Assembly (NCBI GenBank): GCA_963783255.1
Contig: CAWAMP010000011.1
Location: 345,180-409,179, forward strand
DNA from: an uncultured Acidobacteriota bacterium
GTDB taxonomy: Bacteria; Acidobacteriota; Vicinamibacteria; Vicinamibacterales; Fen-181
Length of the DNA stretch: 64,000 nt
Direction of reading: 5' to 3'
The notes beneath the pieces are model-generated. The model was not told where the DNA came from. It saw only the letters and a program-made list of their open reading frames with translations, and searched no databases. The position numbers and the translations under genes were made by a program. Shown here in pieces: positions 30,306 to 41,114 of the stretch. The stretch's first letter is position 1. Each line of letters starts with the position of its first letter.

Positions 30306-31658
30306 TCAGCGCGACCTTTCGAGGAGCCTCAGGTCGATCGACTCCCCCATCAGCCGGTAGCCCAGCGTGTTGGGGTGCACGAAATCCGCGGTCAGGTCGG
30401 CACGGATGCGCAGAGGGTTCTGCGGATCCTGCACGACCTTCTCGAAATCGATCACGCCGTCGAATCCCTCGCCGCCACGGATCCACGCGTTCACCGCTTG
30501 TTGCGTGGCGATGTTCGCCGGCGTGTCCTTGACGGAGTTCTGGATCGGCAGCAGCGTGGCGATGAGCACCCTGATCCCCCTGGTGCGGGCCCTGGCGATG
30601 GCGGCCTTGTAGGCGTCGATCAGCACCGTTGCCCCGACGTGCTCGTAGCTGATGTCGTTGATGCCTTCCATGATGATCACGTGCGTGACGTTGGGCCGTT
30701 CGAGCACGTCTTCCTCGAAGCGTTGGGTGCCGGTCGGCCCTGCCTGAGCTGCGGAGACGAAGCGATTCGAACCGATGCCCATGTTGATCACGGCGACCGG
30801 CGCGCCGTCTGAGGATGCCGCAAAGCGCCTTGACAGAACGTCTGGCCAGGATCCGTTGACATCCGTATCCGACGCCGCCCCGTCGGTGATGGAGTCGCCG
30901 AGCGTGACGATCACGCGGCTGTTCGCGGGTGCCAGGACCTGCAGACCCGACACGAGATACACCTGGTCGATGATGTCGCCGCTTCCCCGGCCGTCGCGTG
31001 CCGCCGGCGGCGCGCCTGACGACATCGACGCGACGCCCGTCTGGTCGCCAGGTCCGAGGTAGCCGGTCTTCAGGCCCGTGCGGTGGAAGCCCGTCGGCCG
31101 GCAGGACCCTGGGATGAAGACGCTGATTGCCACGTCGGTGTGCTGCCTGACCGCCAGCGGGACCCGGTCGCTCCACAACTCCGCGCCGGGTTGGATCGTA
31201 ACCGTCGTCTGCCCGCTGAAGGTGAGCGTGCGATCCGTGGCGGGATCGATGGCGGCCCCCATGCTGCGCAGCGCAACATGCGCGCCCCCGACAGCCAGCG
31301 GCACGTTCGTGTACTTGTTGGTGAACTTGACGCGCGCCTGTGTACCACCGAGCGTGGCGAAGACGTTCAGTCGCAGCGTCTGGTTCTCGAAGGTCCGGGA
31401 CGACTGAAGCGTTCCGTTGACGGTGGTCGGCGTGTAGCTGACGGCCCAGGCGTCTATCCATCTGGTCTCGCTGCCGGGGGCCTCCGCCGCCCTGGCCCGT
31501 CCGAGTTGCGCCTGAATGGGCGTCGCGGCCCCGGAGGCGGGTGTGAGCGTCGCACCTCCAACGGCGAATGCGCTCACGAACATCACGAGAACGGCGACGC
31601 TGGCGCGCAGACGAAGCACAGAGACCTCCGGGCGTTGTTCCTTGACTGTCTGCCGCAT
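30306..31658 (-). CDS. SGNH/GDSL hydrolase with an N-terminal beta-sandwich domain, secreted
   Basis: 450 aa. Block I is VTLGDSITDG, block III INMGIGSNR, block V DFVHPN. Signal peptide present. Confidence 0.75.
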   Translation of the reverse strand: MRQTVKEQRPEVSVLRLRASVAVLVMFVSAFAVGGATLTPASGAATPIQAQLGRARAAEAPGSETRWIDAWAVSYTPTTVNGTLQSSRTFENQTLRLNVFATLGGTQARVKFTNKYTNVPLAVGGAHVALRSMGAAIDPATDRTLTFSGQTTVTIQPGAELWSDRVPLAVRQHTDVAISVFIPGSCRPTGFHRTGLKTGYLGPGDQTGVASMSSGAPPAARDGRGSGDIIDQVYLVSGLQVLAPANSRVIVTLGDSITDGAASDTDVNGSWPDVLSRRFAASSDGAPVAVINMGIGSNRFVSAAQAGPTGTQRFEEDVLERPNVTHVIIMEGINDISYEHVGATVLIDAYKAAIARARTRGIRVLIATLLPIQNSVKDTPANIATQQAVNAWIRGGEGFDGVIDFEKVVQDPQNPLRIRADLTADFVHPNTLGYRLMGESIDLRLLERSR

Positions 31659-31659
31659 C

Positions 31660-31710
31660 GCAGGTCCGGCACATGATACCAGCGCGGAAAGGCCGGCGCC
31701 CCCAGGACCG
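31660..31710 (-). promoter_or_regulatory. Conserved promoter/leader module, copy B (extended -10 TGGTATCAT plus a 14-nt leader ending at the ATG)
   Basis: Minus strand reads ...TCCGCGCTGGTATCATGTGCCGGACCTGCGATG, with TATCAT at 31678-31673. Near-identical to 12540-12590 although the downstream genes are unrelated. Confidence 0.5.
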
Positions 31711-31775
31711 GTTCACTGGGGTTGCGTTGACATCTTCGCTAAGGGGTCCCCAACGGGGATACGATACGAGGAACC

Positions 31776-33008
31776 GTGGCCAAAGCCTCAAGGGACTTTC
31801 AGATCTTCGCGAAGCCGGCGGGTGCGATCTGCAATCTCGACTGCAGGTACTGCTACTACCTGGACAAGGCGGAACTGTATCCCGATGCCCGCGCTCCCCG
31901 CATGACCGATGCGGTGCTCGAGGAGTACATCGTTCAGCACATCGCCGCGTCCAGCGGCCCTGAAGTCAGCTTCTCCTGGCATGGCGGCGAGCCGACGCTG
32001 CTCGGCGTCGACTTCTACCGGAAGGCCGTCGACCTGGAGCGCAAGCACAAGCCGGCCGGGTGGGTGGTGCAGAACGGCATGCAGACCAACGGCGTCCTGA
32101 TTGACGAGGAATGGGGACGCTTTCTGGCAGCCGAGCGTTTTCACGTCGGCCTGAGCCTGGACGGACCCGCCGAGTTGCACGACGCCTACCGGGTGAACAA
32201 AGGGGGGCAGCCGACGCACCGGCAGACCATGCGCGGCTACGAGATTCTGCGCGGAAGCGGCGTCTCGCTCGACGTTCTCTGCGTCGTGCACAGCCTCAAC
32301 GTCAAGCACCCGCTGGCCGTCTATCGCTTCTTCCGCCGGATCGGCGCCCGCTATCTGGGCTTCCTTCCAGTCGTGGAGCCGGCGCCGGGGACCGACCGCG
32401 GCGTGAGCGAGCACACGCCTTCAGCGGAGGAATTCGGAACGTTCCTGTGCAAGATCTTCGACGAGTGGATCGAGCGGGACGTGGAGCGGATCGGGGTTCA
32501 GTACTTCGAAGAAGCCGCGCGGCCGGCGGCCGGGCTGGACCACTCGCTGTGCATCTTTCGCGAAACGTGCGGCCAGATTCCCACCGTCGAGCACAACGGC
32601 GATCTCTTCTCCTGCGATCATTACGTCGACCGCGAACACCGGGTCGGCAACATCCACCAGACGCCGCTGGCCGAGATGCTCGACAGCGCGGCGCAGCGGG
32701 CCTTCGGCGACGCCAAGCGCGACGCGTTGCCTCGTTACTGCCGGGAATGCGACGTGCTGGCCATGTGCCACGGCCACTGCCCGAAGTACCGCTTCATTCG
32801 AACTCCGGACGGAGAGCCGGGGCTCAACTACCTGTGCGCGGGGTTGAAGCGGTTCTTCCTGCACGGCCGCGAGCCGCTGGCGAGGCTCCTGGCAAAGGGA
32901 CGCGAGCCGGCGGCGGCGGCGATGCGAGTTTCCGCAGAGGCCGGGCGGAACGATCCATGTCCGTGCGGCAGCGGCAGGAAATTCAAGAAGTGCTGCGGCG
33001 CCGCCTGA
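31776..33008 (+). CDS. Radical SAM/SPASM anaerobic sulfatase-maturating enzyme-like protein with a C-terminal SEC-C motif
   Basis: FQIFAKPAGAICNLDCRYCYY (CxxxCxxC), a SPASM Cys cluster (CGQIPTVEHNGDLFSCDHY, YCRECDVLAMCHGHCP) and a CPCGSGRKFKKCCG tail. GTG start. Confidence 0.75.
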   Translation: MAKASRDFQIFAKPAGAICNLDCRYCYYLDKAELYPDARAPRMTDAVLEEYIVQHIAASSGPEVSFSWHGGEPTLLGVDFYRKAVDLERKHKPAGWVVQNGMQTNGVLIDEEWGRFLAAERFHVGLSLDGPAELHDAYRVNKGGQPTHRQTMRGYEILRGSGVSLDVLCVVHSLNVKHPLAVYRFFRRIGARYLGFLPVVEPAPGTDRGVSEHTPSAEEFGTFLCKIFDEWIERDVERIGVQYFEEAARPAAGLDHSLCIFRETCGQIPTVEHNGDLFSCDHYVDREHRVGNIHQTPLAEMLDSAAQRAFGDAKRDALPRYCRECDVLAMCHGHCPKYRFIRTPDGEPGLNYLCAGLKRFFLHGREPLARLLAKGREPAAAAMRVSAEAGRNDPCPCGSGRKFKKCCGAA

Positions 33009-33073
33009 GGCCGCCTTCGTGGGCGCCCGGCCCATCCGTGTCCCGGGACGACGAACCATCCCGCCTCGGCCGG

Positions 33074-33082
33074 TGCTAGAAT
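33074..33082 (+). promoter_or_regulatory. Candidate extended -10 (TGCTAGAAT) for the dienelactone hydrolase gene
   Basis: TGn + TAGAAT lies 62 nt upstream of the ATG at 33144, and a good RBS (gggagag) sits in the predicted leader. Confidence 0.45.
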
Positions 33083-33143
33083 GCGCTCGAGAACGGCAGC
33101 GAAGGCATCATCCGGGATGAATCACACAAGGGAGAGCAGGACC

Positions 33144-33968
33144 ATGAGTACGCTTTCGAGAAGGCACTTCTTGGGACAGAGTGCGGCCGGAGCAGCTGCG
33201 ATCGCCTTGGGGGCGCGGGCTGTCGAGGCGCAGGATTGGGCCAAGGCGATGCTCGACAAATCGCCGCGCAAGAAGGAGTGGGTGACGGTCAAGAACGGCG
33301 CCAGGACCGTCGATTCCTTCGTCGCCCACCCGCAATCGGCCGCGAAGGCGCCCGGCATCGTGGTCATCCACGAGATCTTCGGGATGACCGACTGGGTGCA
33401 GAGCGTCACCGACGAGTTCGCGGCCGCCGGCTGGGTGGCCATCGCGCCCGACCTGCTCTCGGGCATGACGCCGGACGGCAAGCCCGCCCGGAACCTGCCG
33501 ATGAGCGGCGCGGGCGACATGATCAGGAAGCTGCCGCCGGACCAGGTCACAGCGGACCTCAATGCCTGCGTCGACTACGTGAAGGGGCTTCCTTCCTGCA
33601 ACGGCAAGGTCTCCGTGGTCGGGTTCTCGTGGGGCGGCAGCCAGTGTTTCCGCTTCGCGACGAACCGGAAGGACCTGGCCGGGGCGTTCGTGTTCTACGG
33701 AAGCGGTCCGGATGCGGCCGACATCCCGAGGATTCAAGCGCCGGTCTACGGATTCTACGGCGGCAACGACGCGCGCATCGGGGCCTCGGTTCCCCCGACC
33801 CAAGAGCAGATGAAGGCGGCGAGCAAGGTCTTCGAGCCGGTCACCTACGAGGGCGCCGCGCACGGCTTCATGCGAAGCGGCGCGGACCCGAACGGGCCGG
33901 AGGCGGACAAGAAGGCGCGCGAGGCCGCCTGGGGCAGGCTGAAATCGCTCGTCGCCAACCAGAAGTAG
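33144..33968 (+). CDS. Dienelactone hydrolase family protein, Tat signal
   Basis: MSTLSRRHFLGQSAAGAAAIALGARAVEAQ; VVIHEIFGMTDW; VVGFSWGG; DLH-type order of motifs. Confidence 0.75.
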   Translation: MSTLSRRHFLGQSAAGAAAIALGARAVEAQDWAKAMLDKSPRKKEWVTVKNGARTVDSFVAHPQSAAKAPGIVVIHEIFGMTDWVQSVTDEFAAAGWVAIAPDLLSGMTPDGKPARNLPMSGAGDMIRKLPPDQVTADLNACVDYVKGLPSCNGKVSVVGFSWGGSQCFRFATNRKDLAGAFVFYGSGPDAADIPRIQAPVYGFYGGNDARIGASVPPTQEQMKAASKVFEPVTYEGAAHGFMRSGADPNGPEADKKAREAAWGRLKSLVANQK

Positions 33969-34139
33969 GCTGGCCGCGGCGAGCAGCTGTTGTGAGCCGA
34001 ACGGCCCTTCGGATCGGCGGGGTCGTGGCCCCGGGGCTTTACTGCTTGTGTGCCGGGCCCCGGGAAGATCGCCAGGCAGGTCCGCTCCGGAGTTCGTCGG
34101 TGCCCGCAAGGACACGGGCGCCGCACCGCATCTGGAGGA

Positions 34140-34703
34140 TCAGCGGACCACCGAGAAGCGGCTGGTGATGGTCATCGTCCCGACGCCGCTCTTCGTTCCC
34201 GCGACGAAGACGCTGTAAGTCTGAGCAGTCGTCCCGGCGCCAACGTTGCGGCTGATAGTCATGTTGATCGTGTCCGAGACGGATTCAACGTCCCGCTGTC
34301 GCCCATCCGAGCAAGAGAACCCGTACACCCCTTCAGCAGGGGAACTGGCGTTGAGCGAGATGGTGTTCGAGCCTGCTGTCCCGGTGTAGTCCGTCGGAAG
34401 CCCCGAGACCGGAGCGGTGGAAACGGCGGTGAGGGCGCTTCCGATCTGCGTCACTTCCAGGGCAAACGTCGTGTCGCCGCCGCCCATCGAGGCGAGTGTC
34501 GCGCCAACGCACTCTCCACCGGCAACGGACGTGCGCTGATCGACGCCATTCCACTCTCCCGCCGCCTGCGCGACGACGGGCGTTGGCGTCGGGGTTGGCG
34601 TCGGCGTTGGCGCGGTGGGGCTGCCGCCTCCTCCGTCATTGCACGCGGCGCCACCCAATACGGCGACGGCGACAGCGAGCGCGGCGATCTTGAGGGCACG
34701 CAT
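34140..34703 (-). CDS. Hypothetical lipoprotein-like protein with a (PT)n linker
   Basis: MRALKIAALAVAVAVLGGAAC is followed by NDGGGGSPTAPTPTPTPTPTP. The lipobox is non-canonical and I recognised no family. Confidence 0.5.
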   Translation of the reverse strand: MRALKIAALAVAVAVLGGAACNDGGGGSPTAPTPTPTPTPTPVVAQAAGEWNGVDQRTSVAGGECVGATLASMGGGDTTFALEVTQIGSALTAVSTAPVSGLPTDYTGTAGSNTISLNASSPAEGVYGFSCSDGRQRDVESVSDTINMTISRNVGAGTTAQTYSVFVAGTKSGVGTMTITSRFSVVR

Positions 34704-35070
34704 GAACCACATCCTTCCGACAACCGGTTTCGAGGAACGTTGCGCGATTCGACGGCCCCCCGCGACTGACCGGTTGCGCCTTGAAGGAATACTAGGCCCG
34801 GAACGATGGGGGCGTCTGTACGGTAATGCACACGGGCGGGCGGGCGCGGCCAGGTTTCCTAGACACTACAGGACCGCGAGAGTGGCCTGAATCCGGACAC
34901 TCTCTGGGCCACGTTGTCGGGTTTCAGAACCCTTTCTCCCAGCCATTCGACGATCCCGCCTTGCCGCCACGGCCGACCTCCGGCGGCGCGCTTGCGTGCG
35001 GCGTGCGGCGGTGCGACTCTCGGGCATCCAACTCCAAGCTGCCGGTCCGCGGTTCTCGCTGGAGAGAGCC

Positions 35071-35473
35071 ATGCGAACAACGAGACAGGCGGGGCTTGCC
35101 GTCTTCGCCTCGATTCTCACGTGGGTCGGGCCGTTCACGCGCATGGCGTTCGCGCAGCCCGCGCCGCAACCGGCACCGGTGCGGCCAGTGACCGAGATGC
35201 TGCATGGCGTGGCGGTGACCGATCCGGTACTGGTGGATGGAAGACAGCGGTCAGGAACTGACTGACTGGATGAAGGCGCGGGACGCCTATACGCGCGTCG
35301 TCCTCGGTCGCATCCCTAGCCGGGAGCAGCTGCTGAACGAGCTGCGGGCGCTCCGGCGTCGCTTGACTGCCGATCAGGAAGCCCTGGCCTGCGTCCCCGA
35401 CGACGATTCCGACGCGCCCACCGTAGGCATCGAGGGGCGGTCGTTGCTCGGGCGCCTCTTCGGGAGGCGCTAG
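35071..35473 (+). pseudogene. Remnant of an S9A prolyl oligopeptidase (N-terminal ~110 aa only, with a +1 frame break at 35226-35227)
   Basis: Signal peptide, then VTEMLHGVAVTDP in frame 1 and YWWMEDSGQELTDWMKARDAYTRVVLGRIPSREQLLNELRAL in frame +1. Together these match the POP N-terminal consensus HG..v.DPYrWLED...ev..W..a.N..t. Similarity ends after ~110 aa, versus ~700 aa for intact enzymes. Confidence 0.6.
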
Positions 35474-35495
35474 CCGTCTCCATCCCGGCCGGCGC

Positions 35496-36629
35496 CTACC
35501 GCATCCTCGCCAGCAGCTCCCCGTAGGTTGACACGTCGCCGCGGGCGACATCGGCGAGCAGCGGCTCGATCGGATCGGGCCACAGCGCGCCGGAAGACCC
35601 GCCGCCCCGCGTGCCGCCGCCGCCGCCAAAGAAGCCGCGACCGAAGCCCGAGAAGACGGACCGGACCAGGATGCTCCGGGTGTCGGTTGGCAGCGCCGAC
35701 AGGTTGTCGTAGAACTTCTGCCAGCCTTCACCCCTGAACAAGTACATCTCGACGTTCGAGGCGTAGAAGACCGCAACCGTCAAGCCGTGCGCGCGCAGGA
35801 ACGCGCCAACGCCAACGAGCGCCCGGCTGCCCGAGAAGTCGCCGACGACCGGCACGATGAGGTTCCGGAGCTGGAGTTCGCGAACCCTGCGGTAGGCCTC
35901 TTCGCTGGCCAGGTAGCTCCCGGCCAGCGCGTCACCGTCCGTCATCAACTCCGCATAGGTCGGGAATGGCCGGCCCCCGCGGGACGAACCGAACGAGTAG
36001 CTGATACCGGGGCCGGCCACGAAGAACGCCTCGTAGATTCGCGCGATCGCGGCGACATCGGCGTCGTTCGCCGGCCAGCGGTGCCGTCCGCTCAACTCCG
36101 CGCGCACCGCCGCGAGGTTCGCCTCGAACACTTCGCGGCTCGGCCTCCCGACGCCCGCGGCCTCCAGCAGGTCGTTCGCGCTGGACTCCGCGCGAAGGTG
36201 CTTTGAGAGCGGTCTCGAGAACAGTCGCGACAGGAACTCGGCCCGCGTCGTTGAAAGCTCGAAGAGCGCCTTGTAGAGCAGGTGGAGCATCGCGTTGTCG
36301 CGCCGGATGTCCACGATGAACGCCACGCGAGGCCCGAGCGCCGAGATGTAGGAGAAGTTCTGCTCGGGGCCGACGCCGATGTAGGCTGCGCCCGCCGACG
36401 CACGCCGGGCGACCTCTGGCAGCACCGCGGAAAGGCCGCGCTCGTTGGAGACGAGGTTGTCGGATCGGAACGTGCCCGCCGGCTCCGACAGCCCGGCATG
36501 CAGTCGCCAGAACTCGGCGTCGTCGAGGCGATCGGGCGGTGCGCCGCGGCCGGTCCTGATCGGAAGACACGACAGCGCGAGCAGCAGTTGGACGGCGCAG
36601 GCGACGACGAGGACCCGTCGGGATGTCAT
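35496..36629 (-). CDS. Conserved hypothetical secreted protein
   Basis: 377 aa with a signal peptide. Well-ordered sequence (FRSDNLVSNE, YIGVGPEQNFSYI, IVDIRRDN). I recall seeing similar proteins but cannot name a family. It has a Gly-rich insertion near the C-terminus. Confidence 0.55.
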   Translation of the reverse strand: MTSRRVLVVACAVQLLLALSCLPIRTGRGAPPDRLDDAEFWRLHAGLSEPAGTFRSDNLVSNERGLSAVLPEVARRASAGAAYIGVGPEQNFSYISALGPRVAFIVDIRRDNAMLHLLYKALFELSTTRAEFLSRLFSRPLSKHLRAESSANDLLEAAGVGRPSREVFEANLAAVRAELSGRHRWPANDADVAAIARIYEAFFVAGPGISYSFGSSRGGRPFPTYAELMTDGDALAGSYLASEEAYRRVRELQLRNLIVPVVGDFSGSRALVGVGAFLRAHGLTVAVFYASNVEMYLFRGEGWQKFYDNLSALPTDTRSILVRSVFSGFGRGFFGGGGGTRGGGSSGALWPDPIEPLLADVARGDVSTYGELLARMR

Positions 36630-36672
36630 AGGCGGTCGCCGGAACGGCCAGCCGTCAGTCTATCCCGAAGGG

Positions 36673-36678
36673 TATACT
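36673..36678 (+). promoter_or_regulatory. Candidate -10 box TATACT for the spermidine-synthase-like gene
   Basis: TATACT ends 15 nt before the ATG at 36694 (short leader). It is an AT-rich hexamer in a 64-bp divergent gap. Confidence 0.35.
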
Positions 36679-36693
36679 GTCGGGCGGATCGCC

Positions 36694-37653
36694 ATGGCGC
36701 ATTCTTTCCGACCGGCAGTCGTAGCCGCCCGTCGACGGTGGGCGATGTGGTGGCCGGTCGTGTCGGCGCTGCTCCTCCCGCTCCCTGCCGCGGCCCAGGG
36801 CAGCGACGCCGTCTACGAGGTTCGCAGCCAGTACCAGACCATCACCGTGGTGGACATGCCGAGCGGCTGTCGCCGGATGATCTTCGACCGGGGAGTCCGC
36901 GGCTTCGGCGCGGTGCAATCCGAGATGGACCTGGCCAACCCGGACGTACCCACCCTGTCCTACGTGCGGCACGTGATGGTGGCGCTGCCGATCGTGCCGC
37001 GGCCCCGGCGCATCCTGGTGGTCGGCCTCGGCGGTGCGTCGATCCAGCGGTTCGTGCGGAAGCTCCTCCCGGAGGCAACCATCGAGACCGCCGAGCTCGA
37101 CCCCGCCGTCCGCGACGTGGCGGCGAAGTACTTCCACTTCCGAGAGGACGCGCGCCAGGTCGTCCACATCGGCGACGGGCGGGCGTTCATCGAGCGGTCG
37201 CCGCAGAAGTACGACCTCATCGTGATCGACGCGTTCTCGGCGGCGTCGATCCCGTATCACCTGACCACGCGCGAGTTCCTGCAGGCGGTCAGGGGCCGCC
37301 TGGCCGACGGTGGAATCGTGTGCGCGAACCTCTGGGAGTCCGCGTCCAGCTTCTGGGACGTGGTGAAGACGTACTCGGTCGTCTTCCCCGAGCTTCGCCT
37401 CGTGAGATGCGCCGGCTCGGGCAACACCCTGGTGATTGCCTGGCCCGTGAAGGCGGGTGTCACGGTGGAGGACTGGACGCGGGCGGCAGCCGCCTTCGAG
37501 AAGGCTCACCCGACCGGCCTGGAACTCCCGAGCCTGATCCTGAGAGGCACCGAGGAGACGGCCACCATCCCGGACACCGCCGTGGTGCTCGTGGACAAGG
37601 AAGACCGGCAGGCGCCGCCTCACCACCAGGTGCGAGCCCGGTACTCCCGGTAA
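36694..37653 (+). CDS. Spermidine synthase-like (class I SAM-dependent aminopropyl/methyltransferase fold) protein with an N-terminal signal/anchor
   Basis: ORF trimmed to the ATG at 36694. Contains ILVVGLGGAS, ETAELDPAV and YDLIVIDAFS, typical of the spermidine synthase fold. Confidence 0.65.
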   Translation: MAHSFRPAVVAARRRWAMWWPVVSALLLPLPAAAQGSDAVYEVRSQYQTITVVDMPSGCRRMIFDRGVRGFGAVQSEMDLANPDVPTLSYVRHVMVALPIVPRPRRILVVGLGGASIQRFVRKLLPEATIETAELDPAVRDVAAKYFHFREDARQVVHIGDGRAFIERSPQKYDLIVIDAFSAASIPYHLTTREFLQAVRGRLADGGIVCANLWESASSFWDVVKTYSVVFPELRLVRCAGSGNTLVIAWPVKAGVTVEDWTRAAAAFEKAHPTGLELPSLILRGTEETATIPDTAVVLVDKEDRQAPPHHQVRARYSR

Positions 37654-38030
37654 GAGTCCCCGAACGCTCGGGCCAGCACCTTTGCTTCACGGGCTGCCGC
37701 CCACGCGTGAACGGCGACAAGCGCGAGCCAGGCAGCGACCAGCCAGTCTTGGCGGATCGCGATGACCAGGCCGAGCAGCGCAACGTCGAGGAAGAAGAAC
37801 AGCGGGTGGGGGATCTTCGAGTAGATGCCGCGCGTCACGAGCGTCGTCGCCTTGGGCCGGACAGAGAAGGCGCTGCCAAGCTGAATGCGGGACACGAGCA
37901 TCAACGGGATCGCGACGGCAATCAGCGCCCCACCGATCAGCAGATCCTGCTGCGCGCTGTGGTGGGTGATCAGCACCAGCGCGCCGGCGGCCGACAAGAA
38001 GACGACAAGCACCAACACTGCCTTCTTCAT
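37620..38030 (-). CDS. Isoprenylcysteine carboxyl methyltransferase (ICMT/PEMT-like) family membrane protein
   Basis: 136 aa, 3-4 TM segments. LVTRGIYSKIPHPLFF resembles the ICMT motif. Its 3' end overlaps the convergent gene by 34 nt. Confidence 0.6.
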   Translation of the reverse strand: MKKAVLVLVVFLSAAGALVLITHHSAQQDLLIGGALIAVAIPLMLVSRIQLGSAFSVRPKATTLVTRGIYSKIPHPLFFFLDVALLGLVIAIRQDWLVAAWLALVAVHAWAAAREAKVLARAFGDSYREYRARTWW

Positions 38031-38116
38031 CCTGGCCTCCTCGGGTGGCGCCTGCCCGTCCGGCGGTCAGGCCCCGTCGCCGAGCGTGTGGTTCTGCATG
38101 GCCCCGCATCCCTTTG

Positions 38117-39043
38117 CTAGGGGGCGTCCGCGTCCCACGGGACGCCATCCTGACGGAGTGTCGCGATGTCCCGCGTCGGCGCGTTGCCAAACAGGCGGGT
38201 GTACTCGCGGCTGAACTGCGACGCGCTGAGATAGCCCACCTGGCGCGCCGCGCCGCCCGCGTCCAGCATGCGCGACAGCATCAGGCGTCGTGCTTCCTGG
38301 AGGCGCAGCACCTTCTGGTACTGGAGAGGCGTCATGGTGGTGACCGCCTTGAAGTGCTGGTGGAACGACGACACGCTCATGTGGACGAGATCGGCCAGGC
38401 CTTCGAGCGTGATCGGCTGCGCGAAATGCTCGCGCACCCACGACACCGCCTTGGCCACCCGCTGGACGCTCGACTCCAGCTGGCCGATCTGCGCGATACG
38501 CGGGCCGATCGGACAAAGCAGGATGCGCATGAGGATCTCGTCGACCACCAGGGGGGCAAGCAGCTCCGCCTCCGCGGGGCGGGCCATCGATTCGACGAGG
38601 CGCGCGGCCGCGTCGACGATCGTCGAGGTCGACTGGCCCACGATCACACCCCGGCTGCTCTGCGGGTTCGGGACGCCGTGCGGGTACACCTTCAACGTCA
38701 GCTCCGCGATCTTGTAGGGATCGAGCTCGAGCACGAGGACGAGAAATGGCTCGCGCTGGCTGGCCCGGACGACCTGGCCGGCAATCGGCAGGTCGACGGC
38801 GTACGCAACCAGGCGCGACGCGTCGTAGGAGTAGACCTCGCGGCCCAGCATCACGGTCTTCGCGCCCTGCGCCACGATGCACAGCGTGGGGGGGACGGTC
38901 GCCCGTTCCAGCGCGCGGGTCGTCCTGGACCGTCGGACCACGTGGAGGCCAGGTACGCGGAGATGGAAGAGGCCGTCGTACGGCGCGTGCGCCGCGAGCT
39001 GCGTAGCCAACCGCTCCAGGCTCTGCGCGAGCTGTTCCTTCAT
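38117..39043 (-). CDS. AraC-family transcriptional regulator (AraC_N-type ligand domain + HTH)
   Basis: 308 aa. The C-terminal HTH_18 pattern is [40 protein letters not shown]...[18 protein letters not shown]. Confidence 0.85.
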   Translation of the reverse strand: MKEQLAQSLERLATQLAAHAPYDGLFHLRVPGLHVVRRSRTTRALERATVPPTLCIVAQGAKTVMLGREVYSYDASRLVAYAVDLPIAGQVVRASQREPFLVLVLELDPYKIAELTLKVYPHGVPNPQSSRGVIVGQSTSTIVDAAARLVESMARPAEAELLAPLVVDEILMRILLCPIGPRIAQIGQLESSVQRVAKAVSWVREHFAQPITLEGLADLVHMSVSSFHQHFKAVTTMTPLQYQKVLRLQEARRLMLSRMLDAGGAARQVGYLSASQFSREYTRLFGNAPTRDIATLRQDGVPWDADAP

Positions 39044-39401
39044 GTCCCCCGCTCCTGCGACCAGCGAGGCTCCGCCTCAAGTCGCCGAGGCTCGCTTCGC
39101 AGGTCTAGTGTAGCCGCGTCGTCGCGCCGCCATTTGCACGATATTCCGAAAAGCTAGCCCGTTCTTCCGACGCTCGCGGCGCCGGCCGCCTCAGCCGTGC
39201 GCGCGCCAGAACACGCACCGTCGCGTCAGGTTCGGAAGATCAGGCAACGTTTCGACCAGGTACAGGCAAGAGAGCGCCGTCGCGCCAACCTACACTCTCT
39301 CGTGGCGGCGTCCCGGGCCGTAGGGCCGTCCGCTGACACATCGGACGGCCGGGGCGCGGCCGGACCGCCCGACCGGTTGCCCGATCAACAGGGGGTCAGG
39401 T

Positions 39402-41102
<1,701 letters not shown>

Positions 41103-41114
41103 GGAGTCATACGA

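Noticed and set aside
31659-33143. The radical SAM/SPASM gene as a RiPP maturase with a nearby precursor peptide.
   Set aside because: The flanking gaps (117 bp and 135 bp) contain no plausible small ORF with an RBS, and the N-terminal motif is anSME-like rather than typical of RiPP-recognition-element enzymes.
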